A program made the position numbers and the translations under genes. This document shows, piece by piece, positions 1 through 15,689 of a stretch of 64,000 nucleotides of DNA. Under the pieces are notes generated by a model. The model did no database searches and had not been told where the DNA came from. It saw nothing but the letters and a program-made list of their open reading frames with translations. The stretch's first letter is position 1, and every line of letters begins with the position of its first letter. Source of the stretch: the human T2T-CHM13v2.0 reference genome, Homo sapiens; assembly GCF_009914755.1 (NCBI RefSeq), contig NC_060941.1, one strand, 5' to 3'.

Positions 1-1071
1 AAAGTGCTGGGATTACAGGCGTGAGCCACCGCCCAGGCCTAGGTGCTGATTTTTATCTCCAACATTTCCCGAAGCACCTTTTGTATCAGGCAGAGGTGCC
101 TCGGGCCCCTGAAGTGGTTGAATCATTCCTACAGCCTAAAGGGCAGGCAGGTGGCAGGGAGTTCCTGCCCTGCTTCACAGACCCGGGCACGGAGGATCAG
201 GGTGGCGGTGTGGCTTGGGCAAGGCCACACAGTGAGTGAGTGGGTCTGTGTGGGGATGAGAGGGGCGGGAGCCAGGCTCTGCAGGGTGGGCTTGGAGAAG
301 CTCCCCCTTCCCAGGCCGCAGTCTAACTGAGCCCTGCCTCCTCTTGTCTCTTGCCACTCAAAGGACAGTCTCCGGACATCTGTGGCATCTCCCCGAAGCT
401 CGTTAGCCATGCGGAATCTGAGGCCCCGGCCATGGCTGGCTTTCTTCCACCTCCTTCTTCCTGACACTGGAAACAGGTCCTTGCATTGGTCCACCTGTTT
501 TTGGCCTACAGGCATTTTTTTTTCCTACGGGAGCCCTCTCCCCGGACCACCTGTTTGGAAGCTTTGGGGTCTGCACCTGGCAGCTGAACCCTGGGGAGTA
601 TCAAGCAGCCCACTGGACTGTAGGAATCCAGGAGGGAAATATATAGCCTAAAAATACACTTTCTAGCATTTTCTCCAAAGTCCTATTTTCGGCAGTGGCT
701 GACATTTTCCGTGGAAAATGTAATCTCCAGTGTCCTGCGTCGAGATTAAAATCAAACAGACTTTTTCCTTCTGATCTATTTAGCTGAGGCGAACAGGAAA
801 GGCGGGGGGAGGGCCAGGACTGGTTTCTGGGCCAATTCTCCAATGGAGCAGTGTGCTTTCGAGGTCACCCCAGCCATGCCCCAGCCTCGAATCAGGACAG
901 CACTAACCTCATGGTGCGCATGGGTGGGCTTGTGCTGGGCTCTTCCCGGGGGATGCCTGTAACCCTCACCTTTCTTTATTCTGGGCAGGGGCGAGGCCTG
1001 GGGTTGGGAAGCGTGTCATGGGGTACACGTGCCAGCTCCAGTCCTGGACTTCCCCACAAAGGTCCCCATGA

Positions 1072-1488
<417 letters not shown>

Positions 1489-1672
1489 TGACCCAGGATC
1501 CAGTCTTTGGTGCTCATTATGTTGTTCCCCAAATATTTCTGGTTCTCCCCCACCTTGTGGGCACATAGTAGGAGGGCACTTCCCGGCCCCCGTGTGAGTT
1601 TTGAGAAGAAGGATGTGTATTCGTGCCAGGTTGGAGCATTGACTTTTGGTGGGGGACTTTCTAGGAGGTCAC

Positions 1673-1825
1673 TGTCCAGTAGAATGTTCTGTGAGAGCAG
1701 AAGTATCCTCCGTCTGTGCTGGCCAGGACCGCAGCCACTAGCCACATGCAGCTGGCGAGCCCCTGGACTGTGACTAATTTCGAATTTTACTTTAATTTTC
1801 ATGCATTTAAATGTAAATAGCCAAG
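1673..1825. mobile_element. MER3-like hAT MITE
   Basis: ctgtccagtagaatgttctgtga...gcagccactagccacatg...catttaaatgtaaatagcca. Confidence 0.6.
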
Positions 1826-3904
1826 CGGCTGGAGCTCTTTGACACTCTCTCCTACAGCAGCCAGCAGCCTGTGAGATGGTGTCTGCTCCATCGACCTGGG
1901 TCACAGAATGAGGAAGGCACAGAGCACCCGGGGACCAGCCTGCTGCCAGCACTCAGCAGGAGTGAGAAATGAGCCTCTGGTCCTTTAAGGTGCCAAGAGA
2001 GATTTGGAGGCGATTGCTGCAGTATCCAAGCTGAACCTGACTGATACCCCCTCCGCTGTGACCTGGCTTCCTCCGCAAAGCTCCCCTCTCACCCCGCCCA
2101 CCTGGGGAGGCCTGACCTGCCGCTGAGCACAGCTCTGGTCCTGCCCACACAGCCAGCTCCTTGTGGGGCCTTGAGCCTCATTTGGGAGGTGGGGTACCCA
2201 CACCCACTTTGAAGGCCTGCTGTGGTGATCATCATCATCATTACTGTTAAGAGTCACATTTACCAAGCACCTGCCAAGCAATGTACCAGGTGCCTTACCG
2301 CATTATCACCAGAGAACAAATGGGAAGACGCTGGGGACCGAGCACGTGAGGTGCTTAGCGGAGGTCATAGCAGCAGCAGCTGGTGGTGTGCGCCAGACAC
2401 CCTGCTAACTCCTTGCGTGCCTTATTCTCATGATCCGCAAACAAGCTGGGAAGGAGGATGCCATTGTTATGCCCATTTTACAGAGTACACAACAGAGAGG
2501 TTGAGTGACTAGTTCACCGTCACACAGCGGGGGAGACAGGGAAGGGTTTTGAGCTCAGGCAGTCTGGTTCTCGACCCCCTGCTGTGGGCCTCCGATGCTA
2601 ACTCTTAGGCTGTCCTGCCTTCCCTCCTCCACTCTCTTTACCGCTCACCCAAGCTCATCTGAAAACCCTTGGTGTCCCATGTCCTGACCGTTGGGCTGGA
2701 TGTCCCCATCCCTTCAGTCGGCGTGCCCCTCTGTAGAGAGCCCACAGCCCAAATCCTCCTGTCCAAAAGGCCCTGCTGGCCTCACTGATGGTGCTTTAGG
2801 GGTTTACGAGGCTCTGCCTGCTCAGGCCTGATCTGCTTCTAAATGCAACCCTGAAGGACCCAATTCTCCCCTCGCATGAATGAGCCCCAGGGTGATGGAG
2901 GGAGCCCAGGGCTGGGAGATCCCCTACCCCAGGCATTCCTGGAAGATGCTGCCTCCTTCCTTGCTCTCTCCCAGGCTGCGTGTTGGAGGCTGAGATAGTT
3001 CCCCTTGAAATGGCGGCCTTGGGCCTCTGGCAGTGCCAGATGTCCTATCTGTTAAATGAGAGAGTGCCCTGGCTCTGCCCACTCTCAGTGCCATCCGCTG
3101 GGCTGCAGGGGGCAGAGACAGGACCAGGAGGTGCCGCTCTCTCTGAGAGCCACAGTGGGGCTGGCCACTATTCTAATCTGAGCCTCCGCCACGGTGACCC
3201 CTGCCTGGCTCATGTTGCCAGACTGAGAGGGCCTGTGTTCACGGAGGCCCAGCGTGCAGGCCTGGGAGTCAGCCTGCAGTCCTGGGAAAAGAGGGAGGTG
3301 ATCAGAGAAGCTTCGTGGCTTAGAGCAAGGAATCTGGTCCAGAGGGCTCAAGTTCAAATCCTGCTCTATCTCACGGTACTTCTGTGGCCACAGGCCAGTT
3401 ACCTAATCCCCTGTGTCTGTTTCTCCATCTGCAAAAAGAGGGTGATAAATGTAAGTACCTCACAGGGATGCCGGAAGATTGAACGGCATGCATAAAGCAC
3501 TTGGAATGCGTAGCACACAGTGAACACGCTCCAGCCAGAATCACTTGCTAGAATATAAGCTCTAGGGCAGCAGGACTTCGTTAAGCGCAGCGTCTCCAGC
3601 ACCCAGAGCAGCTCCTGGAGCATAGCAGGTGCTCAGTAAACATATGTGATGGATGACTGACCCTGCCTCTGTCCTGTTCACAGAGCTTCAGTGGCTGTCC
3701 TTGGCCTACAGAATAAAGACCAACTTTAGCACGGGCTTCAGGGCCTTCCTGGATCTGTCCCCACCTGCCCTTCTAGGATCATGTCTGTATCCCGAATGCA
3801 CATCTGTCCCTCTGTTAGCCAAGCCTCAGGATTGCCACCCCTGCTTTTTAGTGTATTTGTAATTGACAAATCATAATTGTACACAATTATGGGGTCCAGC
3901 GTGA

Positions 3905-4442
<538 letters not shown>

Positions 4443-7400
4443 TTCCTCCTCCAACATTTTGCTTGTGCCATTCCTTCTGTGCACAGCAGCATCCTATCTC
4501 CTCATATAAACCCCCTTTCCAGGAAGCCTTCTCTGAAAGCCCCTCCCCTACCTCATCGCTGTGCCCTTCTCTGACCAGTTGTCAGTATTAGGGTCCCCCC
4601 ACCACACTGGAACACTTCCAGGGTGGGGCGGGGCTGAGTCATCCCTGTGTTTATGCTGAGTCCTTACAGTCATTGTTTACTCAGTTGCTCCGTGGTGCAG
4701 GCCAGGGCCCTGAGCCCACAGTCCAGAGCCAGGGAGAAGGGGGGTAAGCGATGCCCCTGGGCTGCCCCCAGGCTCCACACCACCTGCTCCCCTCATCCCC
4801 CCTCTACTCCTTCCTTCATTGGAAACTGGTATTTCAGCTTCTAAATGTCAGTTCCAGCCGGGAGAGGCAAGCACTCACCCAGGTCTTCCTCAAAGGTAAA
4901 TTTACAGAGCAATTAAATCGTCACTTGCAGAGTCAGGAAGAGGCCCTGGCTGGGCAAGACCCGCCCAGCCCACCTGGCCCTGCCTGTGTCTCCGGGGTCC
5001 ACCTAGAGTGGACACCTGACCTTGCTCTGCGGGAGCCACTGCGGGGCCTTGGAAGTAGCTCTCCGCTCTGCAGCGGGGCCTGCAGCACCCCTGGCTTATC
5101 CGGAGCTGGAGATGAAGGGTTTGCTCAACATCTCTTCGTCCGACTGTGCTATGGGAAAATACAGGCCCTGCCTTAGGGTGTAAGAGGGTGAGGGGGCCCA
5201 GCTGGGCAGGCCTGATGCTGCTCCTGGGGGGCTTCAGCTGCCCAGCAGGGGCCAGTGGGAGTGAAAACTAGGGTGAAGCATGAAAGACGTTGAGCTTCCA
5301 AAGGGCTGTGGGCAAACCACACCCTCTCAGATCCCGCAAGGCCCTTAGGGGATCCCAGGGTCCCATCCCTGCTATCCTGAGGAGCAGCAGGTCCAGGGAG
5401 GGCCAAGTCTGCCCAATGCCACCCAGCAAGCAGGGCCACTCAGATGGCCCCCTCTTCCTGACACACTCCGTTCCTCTTGGCCTGGTTTCCGTGGGCTACG
5501 CATATGGGTTGCCCGAGTTTCAGCACCAGCTATGGCCTGGAACTTATTTGAGGGCAGCAAATAAGGCCAGAGCCAAGACGCCGCTGGCAGGAGTCTAAAT
5601 CTGGACCACTCATCCCACCTGGCAGCCCTGGGGCCAAGGCGCTCACTGCACATGGGCCGCGTGTGGCCCGGGAAGGCAGGCTTCTGCCCGGCCTGCCAGC
5701 TCCCTTGAACAGAGACCACCCCAGAAGACCTCCTGGGATCTGCCCGACTCTCAGGTCACTGGGGTCTCCAGGGACTTTAGCTACAGAAAGGACATGCCCA
5801 ACACAGCCAGGTCTCTTGCCTTGGCTCCAGTCCAGCAGAGGAGATGGGCAGCCCATTTGGTGGCTCCTTAACATATGAAAAGACACCCAATGTGACTTTA
5901 AACAGAAAGATGCCAAGCAAACCTACGAGAGGACTCTTCCACCTGACTGGCACAGATCAGACCGTCTGATCCCACCCTGTGCTGGCGAGGCAGCAGAGAA
6001 CCAGCCGTTCAGTCGGCACAACTGCACAGAGAAGTTTAGTGACAGCTGACGACACTGAAAATATACACCCACTTAGACCCCACAGTTCCACCCCCAGGAA
6101 TGCGTCCTTCAGTGATATTCACAAGCGCGTGACATGATGTGGCAACAAGGATACTCTGCAATACTGCGTGTCATAGCAGAGGCTGCCAACAACACAAGCG
6201 TCCACCAGAAGTCAGAGAAAAGCCGCACGCCGAAATGCCATGCAGCCACTAGGAAGCCCCACCGTGCTCCTCCTGGCACCGGCTCCAAGAATGACTGTCA
6301 AGGTCAAAGCAGGGACAAAGAGCACTTATCCTCCTCCTGCTTCCGTGTGGGAAAAGATCACAAGATCACAGCTCCAGATGTGTATATGCACGGACTGTCT
6401 TGGGAAGAAGACACAAGATATTGGGAGGACTGGGAATGGGTGGCTGGGGACGGGGCGGAGAATTTACTGTATACCTTTTGAACCCCTTGAATGTTGCACT
6501 GTGCACATTTTTATTCAAAAATAAAAAAGATGTACAAGTAAAAGCCCCCCAAGGAAGCTGAACTCTGGGTACCTCTGGCACCTGCAAAGGTGGGCTCACA
6601 GGAGGTGCTGGGGCCAGGAGCCTCCCCACTCACTCCCTGTTGGGGGTTACGGCAGATGGGGTTTTATGTGTGAGTGGAGGGGGTCCCTGGCTAGCGTGCT
6701 CACTGACTGCGCTGCCGAGGCTCCCCAGCTCTGAAGTGTCTGTGTGCAGTGAGGGAGGAGGGTGGGAAGGTGGGGGTGGGATGCCCAGCCGCTGCCTCCC
6801 TCCCCTGGCAGAATTTGCAAGCTTCAGGACTTAAGCAAATGACTTCCTTGTGGTTTCCAACAATAACGACCTTGCAGGTGCACAGACTCCTGGGGTGGGG
6901 AGAACACATGTCTCTGGGGTGTCCCTTCTGCCCTCAGGCCTGACCCACCCTGCCACCCAGCTTGTGGCCAGGAGCCCGCCCCAGCCTCTTCTGCGACAAG
7001 GAAGGATGACTTGGTGTCTGTGACCTCACTAAAGACTCACAAACAACCCTGGGAGATGGGTTCTATGGCAGCCTCGCTTATGGTGAAGAAACCGAGGCAC
7101 AGAGAGGCAAAGAGGCTGGTCCAGCATTGCACAGCTATGAAGGGGCAGGGCTAGGGTTCAAAGCCTCATCAGCTCCACCCCAGCAGCTGTGCTAGGGACA
7201 TCTGCACCTCCTCCTCAAGCCATGGCAAGCCTGAGGCAGGAAGGAACAGCTGGCTCCCCTCTGCTCACCTAAAGACTTCTAGAGCCCTGGAATGCCCCCA
7301 GCCCCAATCAGTGATCTGAGAGAAGAGCCCTCTAGGGACCCAAGAAGGCTGGAGGCAAAGCTGAAAAAGCTGCTGCCGGCTGACCCAAACTCCTAGCACA

Positions 7401-8999
7401 GACGCCCACACCAGGGTTCTGCATCCTGCAGAACTTGTGACTGTCTTGTACAGATGGGGAAACTGAGGCCCAGAGAGGAGCAGGTAACCAGTGCCAGCTC
7501 CACCACCTACTATGTGACCTCGGGCAAGTGGTTTAACCTCTGGGTGCCTCCGTTTCCTGCTGTATAAAATGGGGATGACAACAGTCCTTCCCTTATGGAG
7601 TTGTTTTGGGGAAGAAATGAGATAATAGATGAAAAATGCTGAGACTAGAACCTGGCACATAGTAAGTGCTCAGTGAACATCAGCTTTTATTATTAATACT
7701 ATCAATGCCCAGAGGATCCAGGGGAGCCCAGCAATATCCCTCCCCAACTTTTCCCATCACACCCCAACACACATCCACCCTCTGTGGACCTACACACCAC
7801 GCCAAGCCCACAGCCTTCCCCATCAGTTCACACAGGTGTGCGCTGGCCAGGGCACCCCAAGGATCTCATCTAACCAAATAACAGGTGGGGAAGGCTGGGG
7901 CTCCCTCCCTCCCAGTCAGTTCCTCCTCCGCTGGACCAATGAAGACATGATATCAGAATGAAGACAGACCTTGGCTAGGGTCGTACAGAAGCAGTATTTG
8001 TGTGATTCCAGGGACAGGCCAAGGGCTGCGTCTCCAGTTTCCCTCAGGAATCAGGATTCCCAAGCTGGAGGCTATAGCAGCACAAAAGAGGCAGTGGGAC
8101 CGCAGACCTGCCTGCGCCGGCCCTCGCCCCCAGCCCACCCCAGGGTCAGAGGCAGCCCATGCTGCCCAGCTCTCCTGCAGCAAAGCACAACCTCCCTGCC
8201 AAGTCACTAATGGGGGATATTAAATAATATTTATCTCCCCAGTTCCTCCCACAGCTCAACTAAATATAGCAACTAATTTTTTTGAAAAAGGATTTCTGCT
8301 CCAGAAAGATAATATTTATATAAGAGGTGGTTTTCATAAACCAATACAAAACCCAAAAGTCCTTTTCTGACACTTCTTCCTAATTTTCAAGCTAGCCCTG
8401 AGTAGTAGGATCCCAGGGCTAGAATACCTTCCCCTCTGGCTGGCTGGGAACCCCAAAAGGGCAAGGCTCCAAGTCCCCAAAGGATGCAGACCCAGGCTGC
8501 CCTCTGTAGATGGTGAGGGTATTTCTCCTGGGATCCCTCACACTCTGCCCGATGCTGCGGGCATGAGCAAGGGGGTGGCAGGTCCTGCCTGGAAGGGATG
8601 TGGGGAGGGCACCTCTGTATTTTCCACCCTCATGGGACCTCCAAGGTGCCAGGCCACATCTGGACAGTACCCGGTGGCACTCAATGTGCCTTTTGGCAAG
8701 AGCAAGAATCCCACACTCCTTTGAAGGAGGTGAGGATGAAATGATAGTGAAGCCTCCCTCCCTCCCCAGAGATGGGAAAGGCCTCCCTGGCAGTTCCCTG
8801 AGGCCTTGACTCCGCCACCCCAGGAAGGTGGGTCTCCCGCCTCAGCAGTTCAAAGCCCCCACCGACTCCGCCAGCCACATCCGCTTCGGGTTGCAGAAAG
8901 AGGAAGACCTGGGGTGGGGGTGGGGGCCCCAAGGCTGCTAGCTGATAAGCGGCACCTTCCTGGGCGTTTTCTGGAGCCCTCAGGGGAGACCCTGGGGCC

Positions 9000-10060
9000 A
9001 GCTGGGAGGCCGAGCCTGAGTCTCCGGCCGTCCCTCGCCCGCCGGTGTCTGCGCTGCACCTGCAGGATGCCAGCGGGAGCGGCGCGGCGTTGGGGTGGAA
9101 TACGGTCCAGGATGGGGTGGAATAACGCTTCCAGGGTGGACGGGGCCGGAGTGGAGGTGGGAAGTCCGGGAGGACCGCGCAGAGGGTGCCAGGCGTCCGG
9201 TCTCCCCAGCTGGAACCCGCTCCCAGCCCCCAGCCCCCAGCCCCGGCGCCGGCGAAGGTGGCCGCGCAGCCCCGCCGGGTGCCCCAGGAGCATCCGAAGA
9301 GGTTTCCGGAGCCCTCGCTTCCTGCCCGCCCAGAGCCGGGTGGGGAGGCAGGAGGGGAAACTGAGACTGCGGCGCGCGCGGCCCCCGCTCCCCGGCCCGG
9401 CCCGGCCCGCGCGCTCACCGTTGGGGCCGTAGCGCTCCCGCGCGCCGGTCACCTGCGCCGGGCTCAGGCCGCCCTCGGCTGTCACCGAGAAGTGGCGCAG
9501 CACGTCGGCGGCCGGGAGCAGATGCGCCGCCTCCATGCCGCCCGCCCGGCCGTCTGCGCCGTCCGCACCGTCGAGGCCGCCTCTCCGCCGGGGGGCTACA
9601 AAGCGGGGCGCGGGGGACTCGGGCCCGGGCGGGCGCCGCGCGAGGCCATGTCCGTGCTGGGACCTTACCCGACGGCAGTGGCGGCGGCGGCCCCGGCCCG
9701 CGCCAGGATGCTGCGCCCGGGACTCCCTCCCCGGGGCGGGGCGGCGCGGGGCCCGCCCCCCATCACACCCCTTCCGGCCGCCCTCCGCGCCCCGGGGCGC
9801 ACCGCCTGGGTCCCCCGCCCATTCTGCAGAGGGGAAACTGAGACCGCCCGCGGGGCGCGTGCTGGGCCTGTCGGGAGCCGGGGGCGCGTGGCCCGGGGGT
9901 CCTCGGTCCCGGTCCGCGGAGCTGCTAGGGGTGGGATCTGGCCGAGAGCTGGGGCGGTCTGCGGAGCACCCGGCTCTGGGCTGCGCGTCGCCTCCTCTGG
10001 GCTCTCCTGGGCCCGGGGCGTCCTGCTTCCCAGCTCGAATTCTGCGAAGTGACTCCAGAG
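9000..10060 (-). promoter_or_regulatory. ATP2A3: CpG island / TATA-less GC-rich promoter and 5'UTR of ATP2A3
   Basis: Very high GC and CpG density around exon 1. GC box GGGGCGGGGC at 9733-9742. Initiator-like CCACTGC on the minus strand at 9675-9681. No TATA box seen. Confidence 0.9.
9419..9536 (-). CDS. ATP2A3: SERCA3 (sarco/endoplasmic reticulum Ca2+-ATPase 3), coding exon 1
   Basis: Translation MEAAHLLPAADVLRHFSVTAEGGLSPAQVTGARERYGPN(E) is the SERCA3 N-terminus, including the P2A-ATPase 'YGxN' motif. Kozak GGCATGG. 118-nt coding part ends at a GTGAG donor (plus-strand ctcac 9414-9418). Confidence 0.97.
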
Positions 10061-11082
10061 GGAACCCGAAAGCCTCTGAATAAGCGGGTCTTCTCTAGAG
10101 GAAAGTGCTGGATGTTCTCCTTATTTGGTGTTTCTGCTTTCTTTATTCTTTTCCAATGCCCACCGGCGAGGGGTTATTCCTCACATAACCAGAACCTTTA
10201 ACAAAGAGCCGGTGCATAAGAAAGTTCAGAAAACCAGGCTCGTTACCCTAGACTCACACCGTCACCCCAGCAGGAAATGTAACCAGGGAGCAAAGGTGGG
10301 GCTCCCCAGAGGGGCCCGAGAGGGTGGGGTGGGGGGGTCTCTGCCCAGGGCTCCCAGGGGACTGACCCTGGCCCAGGGAGGGGAGAGATGGATGAGCCTC
10401 CGCCTCAGCGCTCCCGAGCTCCACCCGCCCCAGGAGGGCCAGGAGAAGTGGCAGCGGGTCAGAGGAGGAAGTCGCAGGAAGGCAGAAACCACTCGCCCCG
10501 CCAAAAGGAGGAGCTAAGAGAACAGCCTGATTGCCGCTCCCTCCAGCTTGAGAGACCCAGACAGCCTCACCCCAGCCCTTATCTGCCTCCCACCACGAGC
10601 TGGGCTCTGCCTTCTAGAGCCTCAGTCTCTGCCATCCACCAAGGCTGCACAGGGTCAGAGATGCCAGGATTGAGCCCGCACAGCTGGCTGTTCAAACCCC
10701 AAACCCCTTCTGTGCCTCTGCAGCCAGGAAGCTTTCCCAGATAGCTGCAGCTGCGCCCTGCCCCAACAACACAGCCCCTCACCCGCTCCTGAGAGCCTCA
10801 ACTTCCAGCCTGGTCTGGAGCTGCTGACCCCTATCCAGATCATGCACACCCCCAGATTCTGTGCTCTTCCTCCTGGGACAGGACTGGGCCCCTCCTCCTC
10901 TCCGCCTCTCGGTGCCTCCCTGAGCAAAGACACTCCCTGAGGACTGGCTGGACCGAAAGGTGCTTTGGGGCTTTTGATGGGTGATCCAGATGGATTCCCT
11001 GATATCAGCTGCGTCTCAGCCTGGTGCTGTGGAGCTAGAGGAATGCTGGTTTTCTGGTTGTGGCTCCTCCGGCCTGGTATTT

Positions 11083-11819
<737 letters not shown>

Positions 11820-12581
11820 TAGTCCACAAAATCCCAACTGTATCCCTAAGTTGCCAGGAAAAATGTTAGCCAGGACTTGACTGGGGACAGAGCCTCACAG
11901 CTCCCCGCTAGAGCCCTATTTCCCAGAGATCGGGAGCCCTAGGCGTTCAAGCCGCTGGGAAACCCCTGCTCCACCCTACACACACATCTTGAGGTCTGAC
12001 TTCTTCTCTGCTGGCCCTAGGGACCTTAACCCCAGCCTCTCCCGCTCCACCGCACCCTCAGCTGTGAGTTGGTATTTGCTAGAAGGTAGGGCCAGAAGGC
12101 CTGACTGTTTGCTCTGGCAGCCAGGCCTATGTTCCATTTCTCCAGCCCACCCCACCCTACCTTCAAACCGCCATGGCAGGACAAACAGTTGCCAGCAACC
12201 GGGGCCCTCACCTGGCAGGCTCACACACCTGTCAGCATGCCCGCCTGCTCGGCTGCCCCTGTCACAACTTCTGGGTGCCCCCCCAGCTCCCACAGAATCA
12301 CATGCAGTCATTTCACACTCCAGCTGCCTGCCCCGGGCTCACGTCCCTCCCCGCCATGCTCTCTTTTTGTACCTGGACAGACACACAGCTGGTGGCCAGG
12401 GCGACATGGTCACAGGCAGGCTGTCCAAAGGGCAGGTCCACATTCTCCACCTCCCAGCTGCCAGGAACCAAGAACTCCATGCCTGGCACCTAGACACGGC
12501 TTTTGCCACCTCCTCCACCAGACAGAAGGTGGCAGAACATACCACCTATCTAGCAGAAGTATATCTACCCGCCTCACCTGA

Positions 12582-13034
<453 letters not shown>

Positions 13035-13573
13035 TTTTCTGGAAATATTCAGACACATGGAGAAGAGGGTGCTGCCCGCAGAAAACAACAGCCTGAGTTG
13101 AAGGTGAGAAATCTCAGCCATATGTCAGGGATAGTGATTTGATCCCTTAGTGTGGCTGGATCGTAAGGAGCAGGAGTGCAAGGACCAGGAGGGCAGATTA
13201 GAGAGACAGGGCTAGGACACTGAGAACCTCGATTGTCTATGTTATGTCCTGGGTTTTGTACTGAAGGGTTTTAAGCAATGGAGAGATGGGGCCAGGTTTG
13301 CCTGCTAGAAAAGTCCCCCATAGAAGCTGGTATGGAGAAGAGATTAAAAGGGAGAGCCATGGCTGAAAGGACCATGGAGCGGTAGTCAGGGTCATGCCCC
13401 AGCACCCTGATTTCCTTCAGGCCTCCCCAGGGGAGGGGCCTCTAAGCTGTGTAGGGAAATATCTGTGATTAGAGCCACTGACTTGAACATTCACCATATG
13501 CTAAGCTTGTTTCACAAGTTACTCCCATTTAACCCTCACAGTAACCCTGGAGGAGGATTTTATTATCCCCATT

Positions 13574-15689
13574 CAGAGCTGGCTTCATGGGCATGCAACC
13601 TGCGCAGGTCACCAGTTGTCAGAAGGACCGTCTGCTTGATTTTTGTTGTGGCTGTTTTTAGAGATGGGGGTCTCGCTATGTTGCCCAGGCTGGATTCCAA
13701 CTCCTGGACTCAAGTGCTCCTCTTGCCTCTGCCTCCTGAGTGGCTGGGACCATGGGAACGCACCACCATGCCCGGCCTCCCACTTGGTTTAATGCTCTCC
13801 AACCGCCATCTTGAAATTCTTTTTTTTTTTTTTTTTTTGAGACAGAGTCTCGCTCTGTCACCCAGGCTGGAGTGCAGTGGCCGTGATCTCGGCTCACTGC
13901 AAGCTCCGCCTCCTGGGTTCAAGCGATTCTCCTCCCTCAGCCTCCCGAGTAGCTAGGATTACAGGTGCCCGCCACCACACCGGGCTAATTTTTGTATTTT
14001 TAGTAGAGACGGGGTTTCTCCATGTCGGTGAGCCTGGTTTCAAACCCCCAACCTCAGGTGATCTGCCCGCCTCGGCCTCCCAAAGTGCTGGGATTACAGG
14101 AGTGAGCCACCGTGCCTGGCCCTTTGAAATTCTTAATATAGTAATTTTCTCTTTGAACTTGTGCTTTGTAAGTGAAGCCCGTTGGGAAAACGGGGCATGC
14201 TGTGAGCCAAAGAGGCCCGTTTAATACGCCATCTCTCTCCCGTAAAGTGCTCACTGTGCTCGTGAGCACACAATTCTGGTGGACTCATGGTGGGTGGGAG
14301 TTGAGTGGACTCGAATCAAGTCTAGGGTGAATGTGTTATGTCTGCGACTGAGTAAGTGGGGTGCTGACAGCCGAGAGGCCCTGCTTTCCATTTGAACCCG
14401 AATTTGCTTCATGCAGAAAGAAGACAGTAGTGTTCTGAGAAACACGAAAGGTCGGGGTCCCTATCATATCATTTCTTACTCACATTACTTCCCTGCGTTC
14501 AACAACCACTCGCATTCAACATGATGACACAGAAGGAAAGGAAAAGATAAGGCAACCCACAGTTCCTTTTCTTTTCAGCCCTTCTTTACTCATCAGTAAA
14601 GCAAAGGCAGAGGGTGTTGGAGGAGTGTATTCATATTGACAAGTGAAATGGAAACAGCCGAGTCCATGTTGTACGGCATTTTCCTGTTCTGGTCAGAACA
14701 AAATGTATGTGCATGTACAAGCTACACGCCAAGACTTGGTCATTTTAGTGATTACACATATGAGTTAAATGCTCTTCATTTTGCATTTAAAACGGGCATT
14801 GCACAAAGTAAAGATAAATGAAAAAATTTCATGCAAATTATTAGAATTTTTATTTCTTCTTTTCTTAGAAAATGAATTTGTAGGCTGGGTGCCGTGACTC
14901 TCGCCTGTAATCCCAGAACTTTGGGAGGCCAAGGCAGGTGGATCACCTCAGGTCAGGAGTTCGAGACCAGCCTGGCCAACATGGTGAAACCCCGTCTCTA
15001 CCAAAAATATACAAAATTAGCCTGGTGTGGTGGCGCATGCCTGTAGTCCCAGCTACTCGGGAGGCTGAGGCAGGAGAATTGCGAATTGCTTGAACCCGGG
15101 AGGTGGAGGTCGCAATAAGCCGAGATCATGCCACTGCACTCCAGCCTGGGCGACAAAGTGAGACTCTGTCTCAAAAAAAAAGAAAAAGAAAATTAAAGTG
15201 TAGATTTTTCAAAAGCACCATGACAAGTTGAGCGAGACTGCACGAGAAAGGAAAAGTTTTATATTTTAGTGCCTTTAATGAGACTCTTTCCCCGGTTTTT
15301 CATTTTATTTTATTTTTTAAATTCTTTTGAGATGGGGTCTCACTCTGTTGCCCAGCAGGAATGCAGTGGTGCAATCATGGTTCACTGCAACTTCCAAATG
15401 CTGGGCTCAAGCCATCCTCTCGCTTCAGCCTCCACAGTAGCTGGGCCTGTAGGTGCGCACCACCGTGCCTGGCTAATTATTTTTTAAACTTTTTTGTAGA
15501 GGCAGGGTCTCACTTTGTTGCCTAGGCCAGTCTCAAACTCGTGGGCTCCCAGGATCCTCCCACCTCAGCCTCTCAAAGAAAGTGCTGGGATTACAGACAG
15601 GAGCCACTGCACCTGGCCCCTCTGTTTTTTAAACTAAGGGTCCTCATTTTCATTTTGCACTGGGCTCCGCAAATTATGTAGCCAGTCCT
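13574..15689 (+). mobile_element. MER45-family hAT DNA transposon, inserted in a MIR and interrupted by four Alu/FLAM insertions
   Basis: 5' end cagagctggcttcatgggcatgcaacctg and 3' end cattttcattttgcactgggctccgcaaattatgtagccagtcct. Degenerate 8-bp TSD tccccatt/tttccatt. MIR sequence on both flanks. Confidence 0.75.
13655..15617. mobile_element. Alus within MER45: FLAM-like 13655-13777(-), 13819-14120(-), 14883-15192(+), 15303-15617(-)
   Basis: Alu consensus matches; TSD ttgaaattct flanks the 13819 element. Confidence 0.92.

Noticed and set aside
8850-9418. Extension of the ATP2A3 ORF to 228 aa
   Set aside because: SERCA similarity stops at the GTGAG donor at 9418; the remainder is stop-poor GC-rich intron.
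8681-10083. Long overlapping ORFs (245, 208, 288, 182 aa) in the CpG island
   Set aside because: Low-complexity R/P/G/A translations expected from very high GC; no domain features.
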